From NCBI RefSeq assembly GCF_006345805.1, contig NC_043001.1, positions 26,846,001 through 26,910,000 on the forward strand: 64,000 nt of DNA, given 5' to 3'. Below the pieces are notes generated by a model. It saw only the letters and a list, made by a program, of their open reading frames with translations, did no database searches and was not told the origin of the DNA. Positions 39,401 to 51,400 of this stretch are shown piece after piece. A program made the position numbers and the translations under genes. Position 1 is the stretch's first letter; each line of letters starts with the position of its first letter. Source of the DNA: Octopus sinensis (lineage: Eukaryota).

Positions 39401-42400
39401 TGAGGATTATCAGTCTCAGACCATCAGTGTACAGAAAATTGGTGTTGTACCTGCGACTGATTTTATAGAAGGTACTGAAAAAGAATTAACCCTTTCGTTA
39501 CCGTATTTATTTTGAGATGCTCTGTGTTTCTTTCAATTACTTTAAATATAACAAAGAATTTAGTAAAATAACAGTTTAGCTAGTGTTAGGAACATAAATT
39601 GTGACTAAGGTTTCGTGGAAGATTTTAATTCAAAATTTATGAAAACAAGACATTTGTACTCAGAGCCAGAGCCAGTTTCAGCTGGGTTGGTATCAAAAGG
39701 GTTAAAAGAGTTTAGTCCCAGCAGCTGTGATTGGTCAGGTATTCCAAGATATTCTATCCATGAGTATCCAGTCACAACAGTGTATCTAGAACTAAATTAT
39801 CCAATGCATTCTTTTTAAGACAGTGAGGTATAAGAAAAAATATGCCTGAATGGAGATTCAATCTGCTAAACAAGAGTGGCAAGTGGACTAAAATAGTAAA
39901 CTAAAAACAAGATATGGGAGCAGGTTTTGAAAAGGAAGGTATAAGAAAATTCAAGTCAAATAGCTCCCAACATGCTGCACATGTTAGACATATTTAAAAC
40001 ACACTTACATCATATTTACAGGCAATAAACATTGCAGCAGTCCCCACAAGTTGAAGATGCGCACGTTTGATAGCGACTTTAGAGAGATACATATCAACAA
40101 GCTTGACAGCAAGGTAGAGTGTTTCATGATGTAATTCAAAGCTGGTCTGAACTTCAACCAACCAGTCCATAAGAATGCTTCTCATTTCACTTGTAATATC
40201 ATTTTGTTTGCTGGACATGTAATCTGGTACAGCATAATTGCACTATAAAAATTTGAAATCAAAAGCACATAAATTAAGCATTAAAATTGTTGTAAACGGG
40301 TAAAATTTTGGAAGCATGACATACATTGACATAGAAAAAATACAAACTTTATTTGCCAGCACATAAAATATGCCTTTATATTTTGAAACATATAAAAAGA
40401 AATTGCCCAATGTTTATTTGTATTACAAATAGGAGCCCAAGTGTCACAAGTTAGAGAGCTGGATGAGCATAAGTCTGCTAGGCATAATAATTGTTACTAA
40501 TATATTGAAATCAAGCCAAAATATCACACTCTCTCTTTTACTTGGTTCAGTCATTTGACTGTGGCCATGCTGGAGCACCGCCTTTAGTTGAGCAATTCAA
40601 CCCCAGGACTTATTCTATTGGTCTCTTTTGCCGAACAGCTAAGTTACTGGGACACAAACACCAGCATCGGTTGTCAAGCAATGTTGGGGTGGAGAGGGAG
40701 GGACAAACAAACATGCATGCATGCATGCATACATACACACACACAGTGGGCTTCTTTCAGTTTCCGTCTACCAAATCCACTCACAAGGCTTTAGTCGGCC
40801 CGAGGCTATAGTAGAAGACACTTGCCCAAGGTGCCATGCAATGAGACTGACCTGGAACCATGTGGTTGGTAAGCAAGCTATTTACCATACAGCCACTCCT
40901 ACGCCTATCTTAGCACAAACTTATGAAAATTGTATATGATACATCACCAATTATGTAGGGCAGTCACATCATCTCATACCATCTTGTTTGGTCTTTAGCA
41001 TCATCCCTGTGTGTCTTACATTATCTAATATATCTGTTGTTACATCATTTACCGTACATTTCCCATGCTGGTATGGGATGGACATATACCTTTGAGAACC
41101 AGTTTTTAATTATATCACTGAGAAATTCTCTAAGATAGATGAATGGAATGTTAAACTTATCTACCTTTCAGCTATTTGCAGCAGATGGGTAACAACACCA
41201 TAGTGGTAGCATGCTACCCTGGCAGCTGAAAGCAGTTACATAAAACTTACAGCCAGAAGTAAGGGTCTTATATTCTGCGAGTTGGCCATGGATTGGAACA
41301 AGTGATTATCTGAGGGATATATTTTTCTGCAATCCTAACGCGTAGCGGTTAAGCAAGGGCTAGCTTCCAGGCCCTTTTAACAAAGGTGGATGTTTTGAAC
41401 ACAAGGTGATGCTTTGTACCAGGTGGAATTATGAGGGGATGATTCTCTACGAGTGCGTTTGAGATGGTCAAACCATTGATACCAACCTGTATTCCAAACA
41501 GCTGGAGCAGATGTAAGCCATTGTGTGGCAATACCCAACATTCATTAATAGAAAGCTAGTTCTTCTGCAGCAAAACAATGCAACACCTCATACTGCTTTA
41601 GTGACCCAGAATAAACTACAAGAAATTGAGGGAATTGATCTGATGCCACATGCAATATATAGTCCAGACTGAACTCCCTTGGATTATTACTTGTTCCAAT
41701 CCATGGCACACTTCCTGTGCTTGCAACACTTCAACCAAGAGGAGGTGGAGGCAATGAGCTGGGATCACACAAGTAGTAGAAAGTAGAAAGGTGGATTCAG
41801 ACAGTGCAACATGATGGCCTTTGGATGCAAGGCTGCTTTTGTTGCAACTTGATTAAAGCAAATAAGTTACTAAAATATTGCAAAACGTTTAACTCAACAC
41901 AATATAAACAAGTACATAGTTGATCTGAAAGATATGGCAAGCAGAACCATCCAGGTAAAGAATGACACATTGGCAAGCAATGTTCAGAGAGCTATCCAGG
42001 TAAAGAATGACACGTGGGCAAGCTATGTTCAGAGAGCCATCTAGGTAAAGAACGACACATTGGCAAGCAGAACCATCCAGGTAAAGAATGACACATTGGC
42101 AAGCAATGTTCAGAGAGCTATCCAGGTAAAGAATGACACGTGGGCAAGTAATGTTCAGAGAGCCATCCACGTAAAGAACGACACATTGGCAAGCAGAACC
42201 ATCCAGGTAAAGAATGACACATGAGCAAGCAATGCTTTTAGTTATGAGACTTCTTGTAAGGCGAGATCTAATCACATGGAGTGAATCACCTCTAAATGTC
42301 ATGTTACTGTTTTTCTGGTAGCATAACAGAGTTTAAAGTCAATCTGTGCCAAATGTCTTCACTCTGCATGCTTTAGCTCAGTTACTATGGCAACTGTCTG

Positions 42401-45400
42401 GATACTTATTGATCAGAGCAAGTATAGCCACATACAAGAGCCAAAGTATTTTAGATCAAGAGATTTTTGATTGGAGCAAACAAGAGTTCTGCAGAAAGAC
42501 GTAGCATGTTCATTACATTATAAAAGGATACTTGTTGAAGTCACAGAAACACCAATTCTAAACAGTTAATGGACCTTCAGGTAAAATAAATGAGAGAGTC
42601 TGAAAACTCAGCAAGAAAATTATGAAGGAGTGGCTGTGTGGTAAGTAGCTTGCTTACCAATCACATGGTTCCGGGTTCAGTCCCACTGCATGGCACCTTG
42701 GGTGAGTGTCTTCTACTATAGCCTCGGGCTGACCAAAGCCTTTGAGTGGATTTGATAGACGGAAACTGAAAGAAGCCCGTCGTATATATGTATGTGTGTG
42801 TCCCAACATCACTTGACAACCGATGGTGGTGTGTTTACGTCTCCGTAACTTTGCGGTTTGGCAAGAGACCAATAGAATAAGTACTAGGCTTACAAAGAAT
42901 AAGTCCTGGGTTCGATTTGCTTGACTAAAGGTGGTGTTCCAGTATGGCCACAGTCAAATGACGGAAACAAGTAAAAGAGTAATATAATTTTCCATTGTGT
43001 CCATTTTGTGCTCGTATCAAATGAAGTGCTATTTTACTTCACTGGTGAAAGCCAAATCCTAGTGCATTTCCTGGTTGAGCTTTAATTAAATTGTTGTGAC
43101 AAGAATTAGCTGCTGAAAGTTGTTTTATTCAGTACTAGCAGTATCGCCCGGCGTTGCTCGGGTTTGTAAGGGAAATAACTATATAAGCATTTTTAGAGAT
43201 GTAAAGTATAATAGCCATCTCAATATGGCTAACCACAAAGGTGGGCATGTTACTGTAGCTTTTTACATTAAGATTTAATAAATTTTTAGAGAGTTACTTC
43301 CCTTATATATGACAAAAAAGCATTAAAAATGGGAAAAATTGATGGTAAATTTTTTTTTAATCGTAGACTCATCGTAGACGCGCGATAATACCCAGAAGGG
43401 CTCAATATGAATCACGACTGTAAGATACTTTTGGTTAAACTGCACCGCAAAATGTTAGGAATCTAAATCGTAGGAGACAGGCAGCACACAACCTTACTTT
43501 TATATATAAAGATTTGAAGTACAAGGCTGCTGCCAGCCTTCAACTAAAATATAGTGTAGAGAATCTGGACTGGAAGTAATAGTTCATAAAAGCAAATCTG
43601 TTAATCACTTTAAGAATTTACAGTGTATGAAGACAGCTAAATCTTTGTGTAAATTGATTAATAAAAAGGAAATAAAAAAAAAAGAAAAGTTAGTCTTACC
43701 TCTTGTTCTTGATAGTAATCAAAAATATCTTTAGCATATATAGCTTCCCAGAAAGGATCTTTCATATGTTCTTTATCAAAAGCATCATAATCAACCTATT
43801 AAAATAAATATAAATATCTACTACTACTACTATAGTTAGTATGTACGAATTCTTTTTAAACCTAAATAGCAGAATGTCAGTGAACTGTAAATTTAGAAAA
43901 AAAAAAAAGAAATTAAAAAGGTCTAAAAGTCTGCTTACTGAGTCTGAAAGTGCCAAACTCAGAGTACTATCTGAGAAAAAGTAAGAAAGAATTTAATAGC
44001 ATGTATTTTTGCATACCATTGTAGTTGATAGAATGAACATGCAAACAGGCACAAGGCAGAGTTCTAGCAGACTGACAAAAAGGAAACATTTAGAGATGCT
44101 AAAATACACAAATAATTAGCAGCAAATACCTATTTCTTTATTACCCACAAGGGGCTAAACACAGAGGGGACAAACAAGGACAGACAAAGGGATTAAGTCG
44201 ATTATATCGACCCCAGTGCGTAACTGGTACTTGTTTAATCGACCCCGAAAGGATGAAAGGCAAAGTTGACCTCGGCGGAATTTGAACTCAGAACATAACG
44301 GCAGACGAAATACGGCTACGCATTTCGCCTGGCGTGCTAACGTTTCTGCCAGCTTGCCGCCTTATTAGCAGCAAATACCACTCCCACCTCAATCCACTAT
44401 TTGTTTCCTTTCTTATGCACCCCCACCCCTTGTACCCCAACATTATCATCTTCATTGTCTCCTGAGCTACACACCCTTGTATAATGCACGTTAGCCATAT
44501 ATCTCCACTACAACAAGGTCCTGTGCTTATTCCTTTTATACTTTAAAGCACCAGCACCACATAAAAAGCCTGGCGCAGCGTTCTGGCTTGCCAGCTCCTG
44601 CCAAACCATATGACCCATTCTAGCATGGAAGATGGACATTAAATGGTGATGACTAGCTTCTCAGTGCCCAATTTTATGCCACCCTGCCCTCCATTTAGTC
44701 AAGGGAGTTACTACTGGTGGCACAAAAGTGCCCAATACACACTAAAGTGGTTGACACTAGGAAGGGCATTTGGCTGTAGAAACCATACCAAAGGCGAGCT
44801 GGCAGAAACATCAGCGCACCAGGTGAAATGCTTAGCAGTATTTCATCTGCCGTTACGTTCTGAGTTCAAATTTCAACGAGGTCAACTTTGCTTTTCATCC
44901 TTTCGGGGTCAATAAATTAAGTACCAGTTACGCACTGAGGTCGATGTAATTGACTTAATCCATTTGTCTGTACTTGTTTGTCCCCTGTGTTTAGCCCCTT
45001 GTGGGCAATAAAGAAATAAGAAACCATACCAAAGCTGACAATGGAATTTGATGCAGCCTTGTGGCTTGCCAAACCCTGTCAAATTGTCCAACTCATACCA
45101 AAATGGAAAACACGTTAAACAAGTCCCATAGTGGAAGCACTCCGTCGGTTATGACGACGAGGGTTCCAGTTGATCCGAATCAACGGAACAGCCTGCTCGT
45201 GAAATTAATGTGTAAGTGACTGAGCACTCCAGACACGTGTACCCTTAACGTAGTTCTCGGGGATATTCAGCGTGACAGAGAGAGTGACAAGGCCGGCCCT
45301 TTGAAGTACAGGTACAACAGAAACAGGAAGTAAGAGTAAGAGAAAGTTGTGGTGAAAGAGTACAGCAGGGATCACCACCGTCTCCTGCCGGAGCCTCGTG

Positions 45401-48400
45401 GAGCTTTAGGTGTTTTCGCTCAATAAACACTCACAACGCCCGGTCTGGGAATCGAAACCGTGAGTCCGCTGCCCTAACCACTGGGCCATTGCGCCTCCAC
45501 AAACAAGTCCCATAAACTACAGACAGCTCACTAGAAATAGTTGAAAGTTTATTACCTTAGTGTAGAGTAGATGTTGCAAAAGCAAAGTGAAAACAGAAGA
45601 AATTAAAACTTCCTTCTGTAGACGACAATATATTTTTTTTTTTCATACAAAAGCAGGTGTAGGAAATACAATGCATGGTAGAGAGACAAAGTCTTGAATA
45701 TAGACCTACAGAAGCTTAAGAAAAAGTAATGATCCACTGGATCTGTTAATTTGCATGAAAGTAAATGTACGAGTTGAGAGGGCATTTTCACAAATTTAAC
45801 TGTACTAATACAGCCAGATAAATCAATGGGTACTTAGTAAAAATTGTCATGCACTTTCAATGAAAAATAAAAACTGTACTGATGGCAGAGAAAAACACAG
45901 CAGAAGTTGTAAAGTTAGATTTTTCTTTCACTACTTGCAAGGTCTGAAAGAAAGTAGTGCTCTTAGTATTCACAGACCTGGAGAGCTGATGAAATTGATG
46001 TAGTTAATATTCTGCTTAGACTGCTGAAAATTGGCAATTGCAGAAGGGATATGACCAGAGAAGGAGTTCCAAAAGGCTGACATTCTGAAAGGATTGAGAA
46101 TAGTAGTGTGGGACTTGAACATAAAATAGGTAATGAGAAAAGATGAAGTGTGCCTGAGTGGAAGGAACATGAGAGTAACCATCTCCAAAGAAAAGAGGAT
46201 ACTGTAATATTATCGCCGTTTAACGTCCACTTTCCATGCTAGCATGGGTTGGACGATTTTGACTGTGGGCTGGCGAACCAGATGGCTGCACCAGGCTCCA
46301 GTCTTGATCTGGCAGAGTTTCTACAGCTGGATGCCCTTCCTAACGCCAACCACTCTGAGAGTGTAGTGGGTGCTTTTACATGCCACCGGCACGAAAAGGT
46401 AGAGATAAGACAATGTCAGCGGACCAGAAGCTGGAGCATGTTTGTAGTTAGTTAAGTGGCTTTTCTCCAGTGGAAGTCATGTCTGAGTAGCAGTAGTGCT
46501 GTCCCAGATGTAAGAGCTTATACTCCTTTGTTGATCTCAGCCATGAATTGTAGTGGGTCAGTAATTAAGGCTGAAATGTTTTCTAGTTCTAAAGAGAAAG
46601 GACACTCTTCAAGATGTGGTTATAGATATGTTAAGGACATGTATTCATCTGGAGTGATTGTTGCTTGCTACTTATGTATAAAAAGCAATGCAATGAGGTT
46701 CCCATATGAATAGCAATTGCATTTTAAAACAAGACTATAATGGGTTTAGGGAAATTGTAAGCCTCACAAATGAATGGCAAAGCTATATCTGCACAGAGAA
46801 AAAATTTTTTTAAATGATCTAAAGTTTACCTTTGGTACTTCTGGTTCTTCAACTTTAGGTGGCTCTAGATCAACTCTAGAATAAAATATAATTAAAAAAA
46901 AAATAAAATAAATATCTAATAAGTTACCATTTCTACAAAACAAAGTATAATATAAAAAAAGCAATTTTAGATATCTAAGCATTAAAAATTTGCTTAATTT
47001 ACTAGGGATTCACTTGTTTTATTTCCAAAATATTTTAATTCACAGCAATACAGGAAAAAAATGAAGTACAAAAATATTTGATAGATCCCCTTGGTATAGC
47101 AAATTGATCAGCAAAAATCTTGGATAGATTCCATCTCTGAGAGCATACAAGTGACTATGAGTGAACACAGTAAATAAAGTAACTTAATAAAATTCAATAG
47201 AAAAAAAAAAAAGAATATTCATAAGTGTTAAGAGAAATTTCAATAGGGATTCATAATTTTCTTTCCATTGAAAATATCACCATCATCATTTAACATTCAT
47301 TGTCCATGCTGGCAAGTTGGACAGTTTGACCAGAACTGGCAAGAAGGGGAGCTGCATCAGACTCTTTGGCATGATTTCTATGGCTGGATGCCCTTCTTAA
47401 TGCCAATCACTTTACAGAGCATCCTGAGTGCTTTTATATGGCATGCCATGAGTACTTTACATTTGAGAGACTGGTCTTAAGATTTCTGCTGCAGGGTATG
47501 GGTCTCGAGTACAGCAAGGCATCAGGCATTTCGGTCCTTTGTCATCTCACATGAAGGGTTCAACATCCTGAGGTCGTTCTTCAGTACTTCAACCCATGTC
47601 TTCATGTTTCATCTACTTTGAGAGACTGGCATTTCTTTATGAAGCTGTCAGCATCCATCTGCATCCCATGAACAGTCATCTTTTGCACACAGCAATTAAT
47701 TCCTCTTATGCCCAACTTTTCTCTCAAAAAACTAGCACTTACATTATACATCCAGTGGAGCATACTAGCCTCATTCCTCTCTAAATTTTGCATGTCCCCG
47801 GCATTCAGGGACCATGTCTCACTATCATGTAGAATTGCTGTCTGTATACATGCTTCATACAATCTTCCTGTCATTTGGAAGCACCATCTGATCGTGGCCA
47901 TTTGCCAGCCTCGTCTGGCACCTGTGCCGGTGGCACGTAAAAAGCACCCACAACACTCACGGAGTGGTTGGCGTTAGGAAGGGCATCCAGCCGTAGAAAC
48001 ATTGCCAGATTAGACTAGGCCTGGTGCAGCCTTCTGGCTTACCAGACCCCAGTTGAACTGTCCAACCCATGCCAGCATGGAAAGCAGACGCTAAACGACG
48101 ATGATGATGAAACCTTTCATGGCCAACAGAGGTAACAGTTCTCTGAATTACCTCCATCCCGTTCTTACTTCTTTCAAAAGATACAGAGTGAAATAGCAAA
48201 AAGTGGGAAGTATACTCAGTGACAGAAACGGTAAAAACACAGTGATAGAATGCTGCCACTGCACTGTTTGCTCAACATACTTCACTTATAAAAGATTACT
48301 CAATGATAAAACGAATTTTAAAATAGCTGTAATAAAATAACCATTCAACTATTTATTGAAATGACTGAATGGTGGAAACCGAGAAGGACAGCATCTGCGA

Positions 48401-51400
48401 GTTGTCTAGATTACTTGTGTACTGGGCAAGAGATCATGGTAAAAATAATGTTAGATAGATGGTGATGCTTACTGTGAAGTCACTTATTAAACTTTAACAG
48501 AAAAAAAATATTTATCTTTAAGTTTAAGAGAAATTTGAAGAACAGAGATTCATAATAAACTTACAACTTTGCAGAAATTTTCAAAAAATGTTATCTTTAA
48601 CAACCTTGTTTAGAAATATATTTGTGTGTATGTAGATACATACATGGGGGAGAGTTAGGGGGAGAGGGAAACTTCAGAAACTGGAGAGAGAAAGATTTCA
48701 CAAAAGTGATTGAAGTATACAACTAAAATTATTTTATCCCACTTGAGATTGAGCAAACTACAGATGGCTCAGTCAAAATTCAGAACTAGTTGAGAGACTG
48801 GCATTTTACATGGTATTGATGAGCAACATACCTGAATCAAAAAAAAAAAAAAAAAAACTAAGTCCTTTACTTGGATAGATGCAAGTTATGAAGTATGGTA
48901 AAATTCACTAATCAGCAGCAACTTTGTGAAATTAAATAATCCATAGATCTACCATAGAACTAAGCATCAGAAAGAATTAGCTACTGAAAAGTTATAAATA
49001 CCTTTCTAAATTTGATTTGAGAGAAACATTTTAAAAAAAAGAAAAAAAAGGAAAACACCTTAATCACTAAGATAATATCTAAAAAAAATTCTACATGTAA
49101 TTGCAAAGAAGCAAAATATATTATCTGATTCACATTTTAGCTGGAATGTAAGTAAAGTCATTTTAGTGTCTACTTTTCCATATTTGCGTAAGTCAGACAA
49201 AAGTATGTTGGGTTGAGTTTTCTGCAGCTAAATTCCCTTCTTGTTGCCAAACCCCACTTATTACCAAGTGAGGTAATTATCTCCCAGACATTACGTTAAG
49301 AACTGAAAACAACACTGTATGAATAAACCTTTTGCTTACACAGATTGCACAAAATGTGTCAAGAAAATTGGCCATACTATTGCAGCAGACAACACTGTCA
49401 GTAAAGCCATCGTTTACAACCAGCGAGTAAACACACAATCATGATGGGCTCCTTTCAGTTGCCATCCACCAAATCTACTCAAGTCAGCCCAGGAATATAG
49501 AAGACACTTGACCATGGTGCCAGACTAAACCCAAACCCACATGAGTAAAAAGTGAATTTAACCACACAGCTATGCTTGCATCTAATGCTCAAATATGCAC
49601 AAGGCTACTATTACTGGCATTCATTTAAACTTGCAGTGATCCAAGTCCAGCTAAATATGAAATACATTCTCCAAGCATTTACAACTTTAAATCAAATTCT
49701 TTTCACTTGCATTAGTTTGATATATATTTCTTTACTACCCACAAGGGGTTAAACACAGAGGGGACAAACAAGGATAGACAATCGGATTAAGTCGATTACA
49801 TCGACCCCAGTGCGTAATTGGTACTTAATTTATCGACACCGAAATGATGCAAGGCAAAGTCGACCTCGGCGGAAATTGAACTCGGAACGTAACGACGGAC
49901 GAAATACAGCTACACCCGGTGTAGTAACGTTTCTGCCAGCTCGCCGCCTTCGCACTAGTTTGATATAGCCTTACAAAAAACAGGATTTTTAATTCAATAG
50001 GTGCAGTCATAGTTAATACGTTCGTCTTTTTTTTTTTTTTTTTTACAAGGTTTCAGGATGACATGCAAGTTAAATTTAAGCAAAAGGAAACTGTATGAAA
50101 GCCTGCTATACACATGCACAAGTGTATGTCATAATTTAATGGGCTGGATGGTTTGACAGGATTCTATAGGTTCAAAAATTCATCAGGCTCCAGTATCTGC
50201 TTTGGTGCAGTTTCTACAACTGGATACCCTTCCAAATGCCAACCATTTCAGAGTACAGGGTGCTTTTTTTTCATGCCACCAATCCTAGTGAGGTTGCAAC
50301 TTGCAAGACTAAAGTCTGAGAGGGTGGCTTTATGTTAAGAGATGAGAGTTAAAAAGAGGAGCTACATGACTACTCATATTTTAGAACAGAGGATGGGAGA
50401 GAGTAGTGATAAAAAGTGTTGAGGTGACAGGGTGGACCTTCAAGGTATGAAGTGGGCAGAAGTGAGAGGCGCAGGAGTGGGTGTGTGGTAAGTAGCTTGC
50501 TTACCAACCACATGGTTCCGGGTTCAGTCCCACTGCATGGCATCTTGGGCAAGTGTCTTCTGCTATAGTCCCGGGTCGAACAATGCCTTGTGAGTGGATT
50601 TGGTAGACGGAAACTGAAAGAAGCCTGTCGCGCGCGTGTGTGCGTGTGTGTGTGTCCCTAGTATTGCTTGACAACCTATGCTGATGTGTTTACGTCCCCG
50701 TCACTTAGTAGTTCGGCAAAAGAGACCAATAGAATAAATACTGGGCTTACAAAGAATAAGTCCCGGGGTCGATTTGCTCAACTAAAGGCGGTGCTCCAGC
50801 ATGGCCACAGTCAAATGACTGAAACAAGTAAAAGAGTAAAGAGAGAGAGAGGATCAGTAGTAGGTGGATGAATGTTACAGCTGAATAGTAAGAGCATCTG
50901 AGAGATAGTGAATGGATGAAGAAGGGGAAGTAGGTAATCACCACCAACGTATGAATTAGAGGGGAAGGAGATGACTGACAGTACAGAGCAGCAGACTTGT
51001 AATGATGATACAGTAGACAGGAGACTAATGACAGGATGTTAGGTAGGTTGCAGGTGTAGGCAGAGAAGAGGTAGGCATAGTGCATGAAGGTGAGACACTG
51101 TGGTAAGGAAGGAGCAAATACTAATGGATGAAGGATGGGAAGCAAGTGAATTGGTTCTAGGTAGTAGGAAAGTGCTATCGAGGAAGAATTGCGATTAGTG
51201 AGGGAGTGGATGTGTATCCTCGTGAGCCTTTGCACAGACACAGGGAACAGTGACAGTTATTTCCCACAGCATAATCGTTTGATATGCAAAGACAAATGTT
51301 GTCATCGAGAAGGGCAACTGATCAAATACAGTCTCAAGTCTCATCCAAACCATGACAGTTTGAAAAAAAACAAAAAACATAAGGATTTGGGTTGACAAAG

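Noticed and set aside
41935-42235. CRISPR-like regular repeats
   Set aside because: There are no unique spacers and no cas genes; it is a eukaryotic minisatellite.
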